From contig CAISDA010000040.1 in NCBI GenBank assembly GCA_903884005.1, positions 1,539-65,538 of the forward strand: a stretch of DNA of 64,000 nt. Direction: 5' to 3'. The notes beneath the pieces were generated by a model that searched no databases, was not told where the DNA came from, and was given only the letters and a program-made list of their open reading frames with translations. Shown piece by piece: positions 41,252 through 51,527 of this stretch. The DNA is from an uncultured Ignavibacteriota bacterium (lineage in GTDB: Bacteria; Bacteroidota; Ignavibacteria; UBA10030; UBA8401). A program made the position numbers and the translations under genes. The number at the start of each line of letters is the position of its first letter. The first letter of the stretch is position 1.

Positions 41252-42358
41252 ATGACGATCGCCGAATGCACGCAGCTCTTTGAACGAACGACGCCGCCGG
41301 GCACCGCGTGGAAGCACGACAATATCGGCCTGCTCGTCGGGCGCAGCGACGCCGTCATCACGAATATTCTTGTCACGCTCGATGTGACGATGGACACGGC
41401 GAAAGAGGCCCTGCGCAGGAAGGCGAATCTGATCGTCGCACATCATCCGGTCATTTTCCGTCCGCTCTCGGCGGTGACGTCGTCGAGCCGCACCGGGGCG
41501 CTGGTGATGTTTCTCATCGAAAACAATATCGCCGTCTATGCGGCGCATACGAATTTCGACAGCGTCCGTCACGGCGTCAGCTTCGCTCTCGCGGCCGCTC
41601 TCGGTCTGCAGTCGTGTGTCGTCCTGTCTCCGATGAAGGACAGTTTCACGAAGATCACGGTCTTCGTTCCCGCATCGCACGCCGAACAGGTCGCCCGCGC
41701 GATGCACGCTGCGGGCGGCGGCATGTTTTCGAACTATGAGCACTGCAGTTTCCGCGCTGAAGGCGTGGGCACGTTCACGGCCATTGGAGATGCGCGTCCG
41801 TACATCGGACACCGCGGGGTGCCTGAAACAACGCCGGAGATCAGGCTCGAGATGCTTGTCGAACGCTGGAAGGTGAACGCCGTCGTCGCGGCGATGCGCC
41901 AGGCGCATCCGTACGAGGAGATCGCCTTCGACGTGTATGCGCTGGAAAACACAAACAGCGAATACGGTCTCGGTGCACTCGGCATGCTGCCTCGCGCCGT
42001 GGCGGGGCGGAAATTGCTGTCGCTTGTCAAAGGCGCGCTCGGCGCCGAAGGACTCCGGTATGCCGGAGATGTACAGCGGCAGGTCACGCGCGTAGCCGTC
42101 TGCGGCGGCGGCGGAGGCGATCTTTTCGCCGATGCGCTCGCCGGCAATGCGGATGCCTTTGTGACGGCGGATCTGAAATATCATCAGATGCAGGACGCCT
42201 CCGCCGGCATGCTGGTGATCGATGCGGGACATTTTGAAACTGAACATATCGCGCTCGCCCCTCTCGCCGCACAACTGCGGAAGATCGGCATTGCAGCCGG
42301 CGCGCGCACGAAGACTTTTGTTGCACACAGCTCCACGAACCCGATTCATTTTTGTTAA
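41252..42358 (+). CDS. Nif3-like dinuclear metal center protein with PII-like insert
   Basis: DNIGLLVG, HHP.IF, AHTNFD, HPYEE.AFD, DAGHFETE. Confidence 0.93.
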   Translation: MTIAECTQLFERTTPPGTAWKHDNIGLLVGRSDAVITNILVTLDVTMDTAKEALRRKANLIVAHHPVIFRPLSAVTSSSRTGALVMFLIENNIAVYAAHTNFDSVRHGVSFALAAALGLQSCVVLSPMKDSFTKITVFVPASHAEQVARAMHAAGGGMFSNYEHCSFRAEGVGTFTAIGDARPYIGHRGVPETTPEIRLEMLVERWKVNAVVAAMRQAHPYEEIAFDVYALENTNSEYGLGALGMLPRAVAGRKLLSLVKGALGAEGLRYAGDVQRQVTRVAVCGGGGGDLFADALAGNADAFVTADLKYHQMQDASAGMLVIDAGHFETEHIALAPLAAQLRKIGIAAGARTKTFVAHSSTNPIHFC

Positions 42359-42421
42359 TGTTAACGGCGGCATGCGCTGAATCCACAGCGCCTTGCCGCC
42401 AATGAAGCTAAGGAGAGACCA

Positions 42422-43156
42422 TTGGAAGAAAGACTTCGTACATTGTACACGCTCCAAATGATCGATGCGAATTTATTTAAACTCGAAGAATCAAAAGGAG
42501 ATTTGCCGGGTATCGTTCGCCAGCTGCGCGAGGACGTCGCCGTGCTGGAAGATTCGATCAAACAAAAGCGGGACCTTATGTCGGAGACCGTCGCTGCCCG
42601 CAATAAAGCCGACGAAGACCTGATCGAGTTCACCGAAAAACTCGAACGCTACAAATCGCAGCAGTACCAGGTCCGCAACAATAAAGAGTACGACGCGATC
42701 ACCAAAGAGATCGAATTTGCGGTGGAATCGATCGCGACCCTTCAGAGCCAGTTTCTGTCATTTGAAGCCACCATGAGCTCGGCCACATTGGACATCGATG
42801 CGCTGACGTTGAAACTGGACGAGAAGCAGGAAGAACTCGCCGAGAAGGCGGTTGAACTGGCGAAAGTATCCGAGACGACCGAAGAAGAGGAGTCGAAACT
42901 CCGCTCGGCACGCGATACGGTTGCGGCCCTCGTCTCGCCGGAGGATATTGCGCAGTACGAACGCATCAGGAGCGCTCGAGGCATCGTTTCCGTCGCCGTG
43001 ATCTGGAAAAATAAATGCTGCAGCGGATGCAAGAACCAGATCCCGCCCCAGCACCTGATCGAGATCAGGAAGAATGACGCACTCTATATGTGCCAGCACT
43101 GCGGCCGCATGATCGTGTCCGATCAGCTTGCCACGACGGTGGACGCCGAAGTATGA
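42422..43156 (+). CDS. Coiled-coil C4 zinc-ribbon domain protein
   Basis: LQ.ID, long coiled coil, KEY.A..KEI, C-terminal CSGC...CQHCGR; TTG start after AAGGAG. Confidence 0.9.
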   Translation: MEERLRTLYTLQMIDANLFKLEESKGDLPGIVRQLREDVAVLEDSIKQKRDLMSETVAARNKADEDLIEFTEKLERYKSQQYQVRNNKEYDAITKEIEFAVESIATLQSQFLSFEATMSSATLDIDALTLKLDEKQEELAEKAVELAKVSETTEEEESKLRSARDTVAALVSPEDIAQYERIRSARGIVSVAVIWKNKCCSGCKNQIPPQHLIEIRKNDALYMCQHCGRMIVSDQLATTVDAEV

Positions 43157-43566
43157 AGCTTCGGGCATGGACAGACGGAGCGTCGCGCGGAAATCCGGGC
43201 GACGCAGGTATCGGTGTGATCGTGAAGGACGAAGCCGGCGTTGTTGTGCTGGAAGAGCGGCGCTATCTGGGCAAGACGACGAATAATCAGGCCGAGTATA
43301 CGGCACTCATTGTCTGCCTCGAAGCCGTCATCGCACGGAAGGAAACGCTGCAGTGCAGCGATCTCGCCGTCTTCGCCGACAGCGAACTCATGGTTAAGCA
43401 GCTCAAGGGCGAATATAAGGTGCGCGACGAGGGATTGAAGACGCACTACGCGCATGCGCGTCAGCTCCTGAGCACTGCGGGGTTCACGTTTTCGATCACC
43501 CATGTGCCCCGCGCCCAGAACAAGGAAGCCGACAAGCTCGCCAACGAAGGCATCGATTTCCGGTAA
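43153..43566 (+). CDS. rnhA: Ribonuclease HI
   Basis: TDGASRGNPG, TNNQAEY, DSEL, HVPRAQN..AD.LAN; ATGA overlap with upstream gene. Confidence 0.94.
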   Translation: MKLRAWTDGASRGNPGDAGIGVIVKDEAGVVVLEERRYLGKTTNNQAEYTALIVCLEAVIARKETLQCSDLAVFADSELMVKQLKGEYKVRDEGLKTHYAHARQLLSTAGFTFSITHVPRAQNKEADKLANEGIDFR

Positions 43567-43828
43567 GGTGCGCGACTGACATTCCGGGGTTAAAAGCATA
43601 ATGTCCGGCCTGCACTGCGAAGTGCATCACCGGCGCCGAACGAACCGACCGCGACATACTATTTTTTACGGAGGGAGCGCGTATGTGTCTGATGCCTGGT
43701 GCATCACACACATACGCGCTTCATCTGCCGGCGCCTGCCCTCGTTGGCATAGCGCCCCAAACACAGAATTAATTCATTCATCTCTCATACTCACGCTGAC
43801 GTCACGGCTATCCACACCGGCAGACGGT

Positions 43829-44316
43829 GTGCGCACGTCAGGCAATCGCGTTAGTTGCATTTGTCAATTAAGGAGGAAAGTCCGAACTCTCTTCTCTTCT
43901 TTCACAAGAAGACAAGGGGCACGGTGCCGGATAACATCCGGGGGGAGCGATCCTACGGAAAGTGTCACAGAAAATATACCGTCCCGTCTGTACGACGGGA
44001 TAAGGGTGAAATGGTGCGTCCTGCAATCAAGCGGGATTAAAGTAAGAGCGCACCGCGTTTCCAGCAATGGAAACGGCATGACAAACCCCACCGAGAGCAA
44101 GACCATGTAGGTTCCGTTGTTCTCCCCGCGTTGAAAGCGCGGGAGAACGAAGAGATGCCCACTCAACGCTGTGCTCGACGCGCGGTGACGGAACGGGTAG
44201 GTCGCTTGAACCGCGCAGCAATGCGTCGGTCAGAGAAATGATTGCCTCTTCCCCCTTCCGCTGTGTGTCTATGGCGGTTGTAGGAACAGACAGAATTCGG
44301 CTTATCGACGCGCCGC
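43829..44316 (+). ncRNA. rnpB: RNase P RNA, bacterial type A, with extra helices
   Basis: GAGGAAAGTCCGAACTC, GGAAAGTGTCACAGAAA, GGGTGAAA..GTAAGAGCGCACC, AAACCCC..GAGCAAG, ACAGAATTCGGCTTAT; ends approximate. Confidence 0.96.
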
Positions 44317-44427
44317 TTCGGCTCGCCGGTCTGGAATGCCTTGATGTCACGTGAGATGGTGATGCTTTTTTTCATGCGGTGCCGGTTGTGATGCCTTGCG
44401 CATACGCCGTCATCTACTGGAGAAGGC

Positions 44428-46164
44428 ATGACAACAAAAAAAGAATACCGGTGGAGAACTGCCGCTCCGCCGCCCCTATCAGCTGTCGATCAGTTGGCAA
44501 AAGAACTGTCGCTGGCCCCGTCCCTCGCGTCGGTGCTGGTGAACCGCGGCATCGACACATTCGAGAAGGCACGGCTGTACTTTCGCCCGTCCCTGGACCA
44601 GCTCTATGATCCCTTCCTCATGGACGGCATGCATCTGGCTGTCACGCGGCTGCTCGCCGCACGGGCGCACAAGGAAAAGGTCGTTGTCTACGGCGATTAC
44701 GACGTGGACGGCACCAACAGCGCGGCGATGCTCTACTCGTTCTTCCTGGATATCGGCTGCGATACGTCGTACTATATTCCCGACCGCATCAAGGAGGGAT
44801 ATGGCATCACCAATTTCGGCATCGACCAGGCAAAAAATGCCGGCGCTTCGCTCATGGTCGCCATCGACTGCGGCATCACGGCAGCCGAGCAGGTGAAGTA
44901 TGCCACGAGCATCGGCATCGAGATGATCATCTGCGACCATCACGAACCGAGCGAGGATATTCCGCAAGCCATCGCAGTGCTCGATCCCCTGAAGCCCGGC
45001 TGCCTGTATCCGTTCAAGTATCTTTGCGGCTGCGGCGTCGGATTCAAATTCATCCAGGCCATTGCCCGCACGCTCGGCAACGAGTCCATGATTTTCCAGT
45101 ACACGGATTTTGTCGCGCTGGCAACCACGGCGGATATCGTTCCGCTCGTGTCCGAGAACAGGATCCTCGTCAAGTTCGGCCTCGACCTCATCAACGACAA
45201 ACCGCGGCCGGGCATTCGTGCGCTTATCGAAGGCGCCGGCCTCAAAGTCGGTTCGGTCCAGACGGGACAGATCGTGTTCGGCCTCGCGCCGCGCATCAAT
45301 GCTGTCGGCAGGCTCGGCGACGCCAAGCGCGCGGTGGAAATGCTCATCAGCAAGGATTACTACGCAGCCGTCGACATGGCGCGCGTACTCGAAGAAGAGA
45401 ATCTCACGCGCCGCAAGATCGACGAGGACGTGTTCATCCATGCGCAGCAACTGGCCAAAGACTATCTCGAAGTCGATGGGGCCATCATCCTCCATCAGGA
45501 GCAATGGCATCCCGGCGTCATCGGCATCGTGGCCTCGCGCATGGTCGAAAAATATTATCGTCCCGCCATCATGATGACGACCGTGGACGGCGTGGCCAAA
45601 GGGTCGGCGCGCAGCATCTCCGGCTTCAACATCCATCAGGCCCTCAAACGCGTGGAGGACAAGCTCCTGCAGTTCGGCGGACACAAGTACGCAGCCGGGT
45701 TGAGCGTGGCGATCGACCGGCTCGACGAATTCAAGGAGGCGTTCAATGCCGTCGTCAAGGAACTGCTTACCGACGATATCCTGACGCCGGAGATCATCAT
45801 CGATGCAGAATTGGATCTTGCGGATCTCACGCCGAAATATCTGCGCGTGCTCAAACAATTCGCCCCGTTTGGCCCGAAGAACATGCGGCCCGTGTTCGTT
45901 GCGCGCGGCGTCGAACTTGCCTCCGTCCCCCGCATTGTCGGGAAGAATCATCTCCGGATGAAAGTGAAACGCAACGGCCTCACATTCGATTGCATCGGCT
46001 TCGGCCTCGATTATCTCCGCGAACGCATCGAGCCGAGGCATTCGTTGTACGACATCGTCTTCTCGATCGACGAAAGCGATTTCACCGGATCGCAGGTGCC
46101 CCAGCTGAAAATGAAAGACCTGCGTCCGTCCGTTCCCCCCGTCACTGCCGATGTCCCGGACTGA
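44428..46164 (+). CDS. recJ: Single-stranded DNA exonuclease RecJ
   Basis: YGDYDVDG, DCG, DHH, PRINAVGR, GSARS, FGGH. Confidence 0.97.
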   Translation: MTTKKEYRWRTAAPPPLSAVDQLAKELSLAPSLASVLVNRGIDTFEKARLYFRPSLDQLYDPFLMDGMHLAVTRLLAARAHKEKVVVYGDYDVDGTNSAAMLYSFFLDIGCDTSYYIPDRIKEGYGITNFGIDQAKNAGASLMVAIDCGITAAEQVKYATSIGIEMIICDHHEPSEDIPQAIAVLDPLKPGCLYPFKYLCGCGVGFKFIQAIARTLGNESMIFQYTDFVALATTADIVPLVSENRILVKFGLDLINDKPRPGIRALIEGAGLKVGSVQTGQIVFGLAPRINAVGRLGDAKRAVEMLISKDYYAAVDMARVLEEENLTRRKIDEDVFIHAQQLAKDYLEVDGAIILHQEQWHPGVIGIVASRMVEKYYRPAIMMTTVDGVAKGSARSISGFNIHQALKRVEDKLLQFGGHKYAAGLSVAIDRLDEFKEAFNAVVKELLTDDILTPEIIIDAELDLADLTPKYLRVLKQFAPFGPKNMRPVFVARGVELASVPRIVGKNHLRMKVKRNGLTFDCIGFGLDYLRERIEPRHSLYDIVFSIDESDFTGSQVPQLKMKDLRPSVPPVTADVPD

Positions 46165-46226
46165 ACGGTGTAACAGGCGATATTTAAATTCATTCGTCAC
46201 TACGACAAGCCAAGGAGAAATATTTT

Positions 46227-46976
46227 ATGTCCGGACATTCCAAATGGGCAACGATCAAACGGAAGAAAGCCGTCACCGATTCGCGGCGCGGGAAACTTTT
46301 CACGCAGCTCATTAAAGAGATCACGATCGCGGCAAAGGCGGGCGGCGGCGATCCGGGAGGCAATCCGCGGCTGCGCCTGGCGATCGACAAAGGCAAGGCG
46401 GCCAACATGCCCGCCGAGAACATCAAGCGCGCCGTGCAAAAAGGCACCGGCGAACTTCCCGGCGTCAATTACGAAGAAATCACCTACGAAGTCTATGGAC
46501 CGGGCGGCACGGCCATCATCGTTGAGGTCGTGACAGACAACAAGAACCGGACGATCGCCGAACTGCGCTTCATGCTCGAACGCAAGGCCGGCAAACTCGC
46601 AGCCAGCGGTTCCGTCGCCTACCTGTTCCATAAAAAAGGCACCATCCACATTCCCCACGCCGGTTTGACCGAGGATGATGTGCTCGCCGTTGTGCTCGAT
46701 GCCGGCGCCGAAGACCTGGTCGCCGAGGGCGATGCGTTCGAGGTCACAACGTCCGTCGAGACGTTCGAGTCCGTCAAGAAAGCCCTGGAAGCGAAGAACA
46801 TTCCGATCGAGGACGCCGAATTGAGCATGGTCCCCGAGACTACCGTGCGGGTGGAAGGCCATGACGCCGAAAGAGTGCTGACGCTCATGGAAGCCCTCGA
46901 GGATCACGACGATACGCAGCACGTGTATGCGAATTTCGATATCGACGAAAAAGTGCTCGCCTCGTTTGGCGGCTGA
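46227..46976 (+). CDS. yebC: YebC/PmpR family protein
   Basis: MSGHSKWATIKRKK, NPRLR, TDNKNRT, DDTQHVY.N. Confidence 0.97.
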   Translation: MSGHSKWATIKRKKAVTDSRRGKLFTQLIKEITIAAKAGGGDPGGNPRLRLAIDKGKAANMPAENIKRAVQKGTGELPGVNYEEITYEVYGPGGTAIIVEVVTDNKNRTIAELRFMLERKAGKLAASGSVAYLFHKKGTIHIPHAGLTEDDVLAVVLDAGAEDLVAEGDAFEVTTSVETFESVKKALEAKNIPIEDAELSMVPETTVRVEGHDAERVLTLMEALEDHDDTQHVYANFDIDEKVLASFGG

Positions 46977-47008
46977 TGATTCCATCGTGCGTTCACCGTC
47001 ATTTTACT

Positions 47009-47551
47009 ATGATCATACTCGGTATCGACCCCGGCACACTGGTGACCGGATACGGCGTGGTTGAACGGAAGGGATCGGCGGTCAGGATGATCGCCTGCGG
47101 CATGGCGCGCAGTGCCCAGACCGACCCGATGCCGAAGCGCTTGAAAGCGATGTACGACGTTCTCTGCGCGGCGATCGAGCGATGGCATCCGGACGAGGCG
47201 GCGATCGAAACGGCATTCTACGGAAAGAACATCCAGTCCTCGCTTAAGATCGGACAGGCGCGCGGCGTCGCGATGCTCGCGGCCGTGAATCACGGCATGC
47301 CGGTCGCAGAATACGCTCCGCGTGAGATCAAGCGGGCGGTCACCGGCAACGGCGCAGCGACGAAGGAACAAGTGCAGTTCATGATCATGAAGATGCTCGC
47401 ACTGACAGCGCCGCCCGACGCGCTGGACATCTCGGACGCGCTCGCGACCGCCGTCACCCATGCGTTCCGCATCACCGCCGCACCCAGGTCGGGACACGCC
47501 GATTGGAAATCATTCATCGCGGCGCACCCCGAACGGGTGCTCTCGCAATAA
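47009..47551 (+). CDS. ruvC: Holliday junction resolvase RuvC
   Basis: ILGIDPG..TGYG, IE..F, GQARG, G.G.A.KEQV, D.SDALA.A. Confidence 0.96.
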   Translation: MIILGIDPGTLVTGYGVVERKGSAVRMIACGMARSAQTDPMPKRLKAMYDVLCAAIERWHPDEAAIETAFYGKNIQSSLKIGQARGVAMLAAVNHGMPVAEYAPREIKRAVTGNGAATKEQVQFMIMKMLALTAPPDALDISDALATAVTHAFRITAAPRSGHADWKSFIAAHPERVLSQ

Positions 47552-47576
47552 CGGATATACAGAAAGCAGCTCCATC

Positions 47577-48185
47577 ATGTCGCTCATCGCCCATCTCTCC
47601 GGCACGCTCGCAAAAAAAACGCCAACCGACGTCGTCATCGACGTCCAGGGCGTGGGGTATGCCGTCTGCATCTCGCTCTCGACGTACGAACAGCTGCCGG
47701 CCGAGCAGGCTCCCGTCACGCTCCTGACCCATCACCACATACGCGAAGAGAGTCAGCAGCTCTTCGGGTTCAGCACCGAAGGCGAACGCGATATATTCAG
47801 GCTCCTGATCTCCGTCTCCGGCATCGGCCCGAAAACGGCACAGACCATTCTCTCCGGCGTTGCTGCAAAGGATGTCGCACAAATGATCGCCGACAGCAAT
47901 GCATCGGGACTCACCTCGCTTCCGGGCATCGGAAAAAAAACGGCGGAACGCATGATCCTGGAACTTCGCGATAAGGTCGTGCGTATCGAGGCGGGGCCGA
48001 CATCGATGCGCTCGCCGTCATCGCCGACCGGGATGCGCGCCGATGCGGTGGCTGCGATCGTCTCACTCGGCTATTCTCGCGATCGGGCGGAAACTGCCGT
48101 GAATGCTGCGTTCTCCGAGCTGCGCGATGCGTCCCCCACGCTCGAAACGCTCTTGAAGCACGCGCTCAAAGCGGGCTCGCGCTGA
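47577..48185 (+). CDS. ruvA: Holliday junction branch migration protein RuvA
   Basis: DVQGVGY, LFGF, VSGIGPKTA, LPGIGKKTAERM.LEL, SLGY. Confidence 0.96.
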   Translation: MSLIAHLSGTLAKKTPTDVVIDVQGVGYAVCISLSTYEQLPAEQAPVTLLTHHHIREESQQLFGFSTEGERDIFRLLISVSGIGPKTAQTILSGVAAKDVAQMIADSNASGLTSLPGIGKKTAERMILELRDKVVRIEAGPTSMRSPSSPTGMRADAVAAIVSLGYSRDRAETAVNAAFSELRDASPTLETLLKHALKAGSR

Positions 48186-48258
48186 CACCGTTGTTCCTGG
48201 CGCCCGATGTGTTCTGTACGCCATTTTGTACTCGGACAAATTTATACTATAATATATC

Positions 48259-49416
48259 ATGCAAAGACAAAAACTGATCATCCTGTTCACCGTGTTCGTC
48301 GATGTCATCGGATTCGGCATCGTCATTCCGATCCTGCCATTTTATGTCTCCGAGTTCGGGGCGTCCGCGCTCATGGTGACGCTGCTCTTCTCCGCCTATT
48401 CGGTGTGTTCGTTCCTCAGCAGCCCGTTCCTCGGCGCGCTCTCCGACCGTGTCGGGAGACGCCCGGTGCTCCTGTTCAGCATCGCGTCGACGGCGGTGGG
48501 ATGGTTCGTCTTCGCCAGTGCCGCTGCGCTGCCCATGCTGTTTCTGGGAAGTATCATCGATGGCCTGGCCGCCGGAAATTTTTCTATCGCCCAAAATTAT
48601 CTCATCGACCTCTCGAAAGATGAAAAAGACAGAACGGCGAATATCGGTTTGCTCGGAGCGGCGTTCGGCATCGGGTTCACGCTCGGCCCCATGATCGGCG
48701 GCATGCTCAGCAAATTTTCACACGCCACCCCGTTCTGGTTCGCCGGCGGCCTCGCGACGGCGAATGTCATCATCGCCTATTTCACGCTTCCTGAAACCAA
48801 CTTCACACGCAGCACTAAAAAATTATCGTACCATCCGTTTGCGCCGCTCAAGAGCGCGCTGAAGGCAAAATATCTCCATCCGATGCTCCTCACGTGGATA
48901 TTTTTCGCGATCGCGCAGGTCGCAAGCCAGTCGCTCTTTGCGCTCTTCACGCATCGCGTGTTCGGGTTCACCTCGTTCACCACGGGACTCCTCTTCACCT
49001 GTCTCGGCGTCGTCGTCATCATCAATCAGGCTGCGCTGTTGAAGCGGTTTTGGCTGCCGAATTTTTCAGACGTTCAATTGGAAATGATCATGTTCGCCGG
49101 CCTCGCACTCGCCGTGGTCATGATCGCCTCCAAGCAGGAATGGCTCTTCCTCGCCGCGATCCCTCTTCTCGGCACGGGCCAGGGTATTTTGCGGACGGTC
49201 ATCACAAGCCGTATCGCCGGCGCCGTCGATGCGACGATGAAGGGAGAAGCGCTGGGAATCACAGCGTCCCTCATGTCCGCCTCCATGGCCATCGTCCCCG
49301 TCGCGGCCGGCGCCCTCTTCGAGATCAATCCCGCTATTCCCTATCTTCTCTCGGGCGTCGTGCTGCTGGGCGGCGTTTTCCTGTCGCGTATTAAACCACT
49401 TGTCGCCCCAGTCTGA
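48259..49416 (+). CDS. MFS transporter (TetA/DHA1-like)
   Basis: DVIGFGIVIP.LP, motif A GALSDRVGRRP, motif C G.G..LGP.IGG, about 12 TM segments. Confidence 0.92.
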   Translation: MQRQKLIILFTVFVDVIGFGIVIPILPFYVSEFGASALMVTLLFSAYSVCSFLSSPFLGALSDRVGRRPVLLFSIASTAVGWFVFASAAALPMLFLGSIIDGLAAGNFSIAQNYLIDLSKDEKDRTANIGLLGAAFGIGFTLGPMIGGMLSKFSHATPFWFAGGLATANVIIAYFTLPETNFTRSTKKLSYHPFAPLKSALKAKYLHPMLLTWIFFAIAQVASQSLFALFTHRVFGFTSFTTGLLFTCLGVVVIINQAALLKRFWLPNFSDVQLEMIMFAGLALAVVMIASKQEWLFLAAIPLLGTGQGILRTVITSRIAGAVDATMKGEALGITASLMSASMAIVPVAAGALFEINPAIPYLLSGVVLLGGVFLSRIKPLVAPV

Positions 49417-49521
49417 AGGCAAAAATAAATATCGCCCCAGAGTAACTCACAGAAATTCGCAATGCTGCGTCCGCGAAACTAGTATTTTCATGCGGGGTGG
49501 TGAACCCCATATTCATGCACA

Positions 49522-50376
49522 CTACAGGACCGAGTGCAGCCACGCGCCGGTGAGTTCTACAATATGCGTCAGTGTCGCGCTTTCAGTGCGGTAGGGATGC
49601 TTCGCCCCGTACATATGTCCGACGCCGTCAAGACGCACAAACTGCGTCAGATGCTTGTCCGCATTGTCATACAGCAGTTCGGCCTCACGGATCTTTACCG
49701 GCACATCTTCCGTCCCGTGAACGATCAGGAGCGGCCTGCCAAGATGCGCTGCAGCGGCAACGAGATCGAACCTCTCCCTGTTATTCTGCGCGTCGGTGAG
49801 CAGGTCGATCCCCATGCGGAATGTGCTCTTGCCCGCCACTGAGTGCAGTTCCATGTATCCCTTCTCCTGCCACCGCTTCACCTGCTCCGGACTGTACCGG
49901 CTGAATGTGGACACGGAAGACCACAGCACTGCAGCATGCACGCGGAGATCTTCCCTTGCCGTCACCAGCGCGATCCCTCCGCCCCGCGAATGGCCCACGA
50001 TGCCGATCCGCGCCGGATCCATTCGGTCGCACGGCAGCGCGGCACGTGCAATGGCATCGAGGATCGTCCGCACATCCACTATCTCCAGGCTGATGGTGTT
50101 CCGTTCAAAGAGTTCGTGCTCTGTGAATTTCCGCGGGTCAACACCGATCCCGTTATGCGAAAAATTAAACACGATCGACACGAATCCCTGATCGGCTAAC
50201 CGTCTGCCGATGTGCGGGAACGGTCCCCAGTCTTTGAATGCTTTGAATCCGTGGCAGACTATGACCACGGGCAGAGGGCCCGGCCCGGCCGACGGCTTCC
50301 AGCGGATATCCCCGCGAAGCACCGCGCCCGAGGGCGTCGTGAGTTCACACTGTGTTTCACTGATAGTTGTTTCCAT
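49522..50376 (-). CDS. Alpha/beta fold hydrolase
   Basis: CHGFK.FKDWG, GHSRGG nucleophile elbow, HG.ED, GH. Confidence 0.9.
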   Translation of the reverse strand: METTISETQCELTTPSGAVLRGDIRWKPSAGPGPLPVVIVCHGFKAFKDWGPFPHIGRRLADQGFVSIVFNFSHNGIGVDPRKFTEHELFERNTISLEIVDVRTILDAIARAALPCDRMDPARIGIVGHSRGGGIALVTAREDLRVHAAVLWSSVSTFSRYSPEQVKRWQEKGYMELHSVAGKSTFRMGIDLLTDAQNNRERFDLVAAAAHLGRPLLIVHGTEDVPVKIREAELLYDNADKHLTQFVRLDGVGHMYGAKHPYRTESATLTHIVELTGAWLHSVL

Positions 50377-50472
50377 GGCACACAAGATACAAAAATATCT
50401 TCACACCGTCGAGGATTCAAAGAAGGAAAGCCGGTAAAAAGTGCGGGCATCGGCATATGCAGTGAAAATTAA

Positions 50473-50501
50473 TTGACTTTTTCACAAAAATTTAATATTT
50501 T
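50473..50501 (+). promoter_or_regulatory. Promoter of prs-rplY-pth
   Basis: TTGACT, 17 bp, TATTTT. Confidence 0.7.
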
Positions 50502-50544
50502 ATGGTTCTTAAGTTCCAAAATTATTTGGAAAGAGGACCATACG

Positions 50545-51489
50545 ATGCCTCAGCTAAAAGTGTTTTCAGGCCGTGCAAACCGCCCCCTCGCAGAATTGAT
50601 CTGTCATCGACTCGGCGAGCCGCTGGGGCGTCTGGATATACGAAATTTCTGCGACGGTGAAATTTGGGTGAAGTTCAACGACAATGTACGCGGATGCGAT
50701 GTGTTCATCATCCAATCCACGCAGCCGCCCACGGATAATCTGTTCGAACTGTTGATGTGCATCGACGCGGCGAAACGCGCATCGGCACGAAAAGTGACGG
50801 CAGTGATCCCGTACTTCGGGTATGCCCGGCAGGACCGCAAGGACCAGCCGCGCGTCGCGATCACCTCGAAGCTCGTGGCCAATTTGCTGACGAAAGCCGG
50901 AGCCGACAGGATCATTACGATGGACCTGCATGCGCCGCAGATACAGGGTTTCTTCGATATTCCGATGGATCATTTGTACTCATCGGTCGTGTTCGTGGAT
51001 TATCTGCGGAAGAAAAATATTCCGAATCTTGCCGTTGTGTCGCCCGATATCGGCGGCATCAAAATGGCTCGCGCGTATGCGAAACGATTGGATGGCGAAT
51101 TGGTGCTCATAGACAAGCGCCGCCCCGCTCCCAATCAGGTCGAAGTGATGAACATCATCGGCAATGTGTCGGGCAAGAATGTGCTGATCGTGGACGACTT
51201 GATAGACACCGCCGGCACATTCTGCAACGCCATTTCCGCGCTGCGAGAAGCGGGCGCACAGACGGTGTACGGCGCCACGACCCATCCCCTGCTCTCGGGG
51301 AACGCGTACGATCGGGTCAATGAGTCGGATGTCGATATGTTGTTGGTGTGCGATACGATTCCCCTGAAACAAGAATCGTCTAAAATTGAAGTGATGACCG
51401 TCGCCGGCATTTTCGCCGAAGCGATCGAACGGACGTTCGAAAACAAGTCCATCTCTTCCCTGTTCGATGTTGATAAAGATAAATTATAA
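50545..51489 (+). CDS. prs: Ribose-phosphate pyrophosphokinase
   Basis: F.DGE, PYFGYARQDRK, DLHA.QIQGFF, VDDLIDTAGT. Confidence 0.97.
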   Translation: MPQLKVFSGRANRPLAELICHRLGEPLGRLDIRNFCDGEIWVKFNDNVRGCDVFIIQSTQPPTDNLFELLMCIDAAKRASARKVTAVIPYFGYARQDRKDQPRVAITSKLVANLLTKAGADRIITMDLHAPQIQGFFDIPMDHLYSSVVFVDYLRKKNIPNLAVVSPDIGGIKMARAYAKRLDGELVLIDKRRPAPNQVEVMNIIGNVSGKNVLIVDDLIDTAGTFCNAISALREAGAQTVYGATTHPLLSGNAYDRVNESDVDMLLVCDTIPLKQESSKIEVMTVAGIFAEAIERTFENKSISSLFDVDKDKL

Positions 51490-51527
51490 CCTGTTCATTT
51501 ACGTGATCCATCTCGAAGGAGTGCTCC

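Noticed and set aside
43601..44429. ORFs overlapping the rnpB region
   Set aside because: Explained by the RNase P RNA gene.
44479..46200. 573-aa antisense ORF, and similar long ORFs opposite arcE, nusA, Nif3 and argH
   Set aside because: Shadow frames of GC-rich genes with clear identities on the other strand; no recognisable motifs.
47577..48185. ruvB missing after ruvC-ruvA
   Set aside because: ruvB is often unlinked; absence from the window says nothing about the genome.
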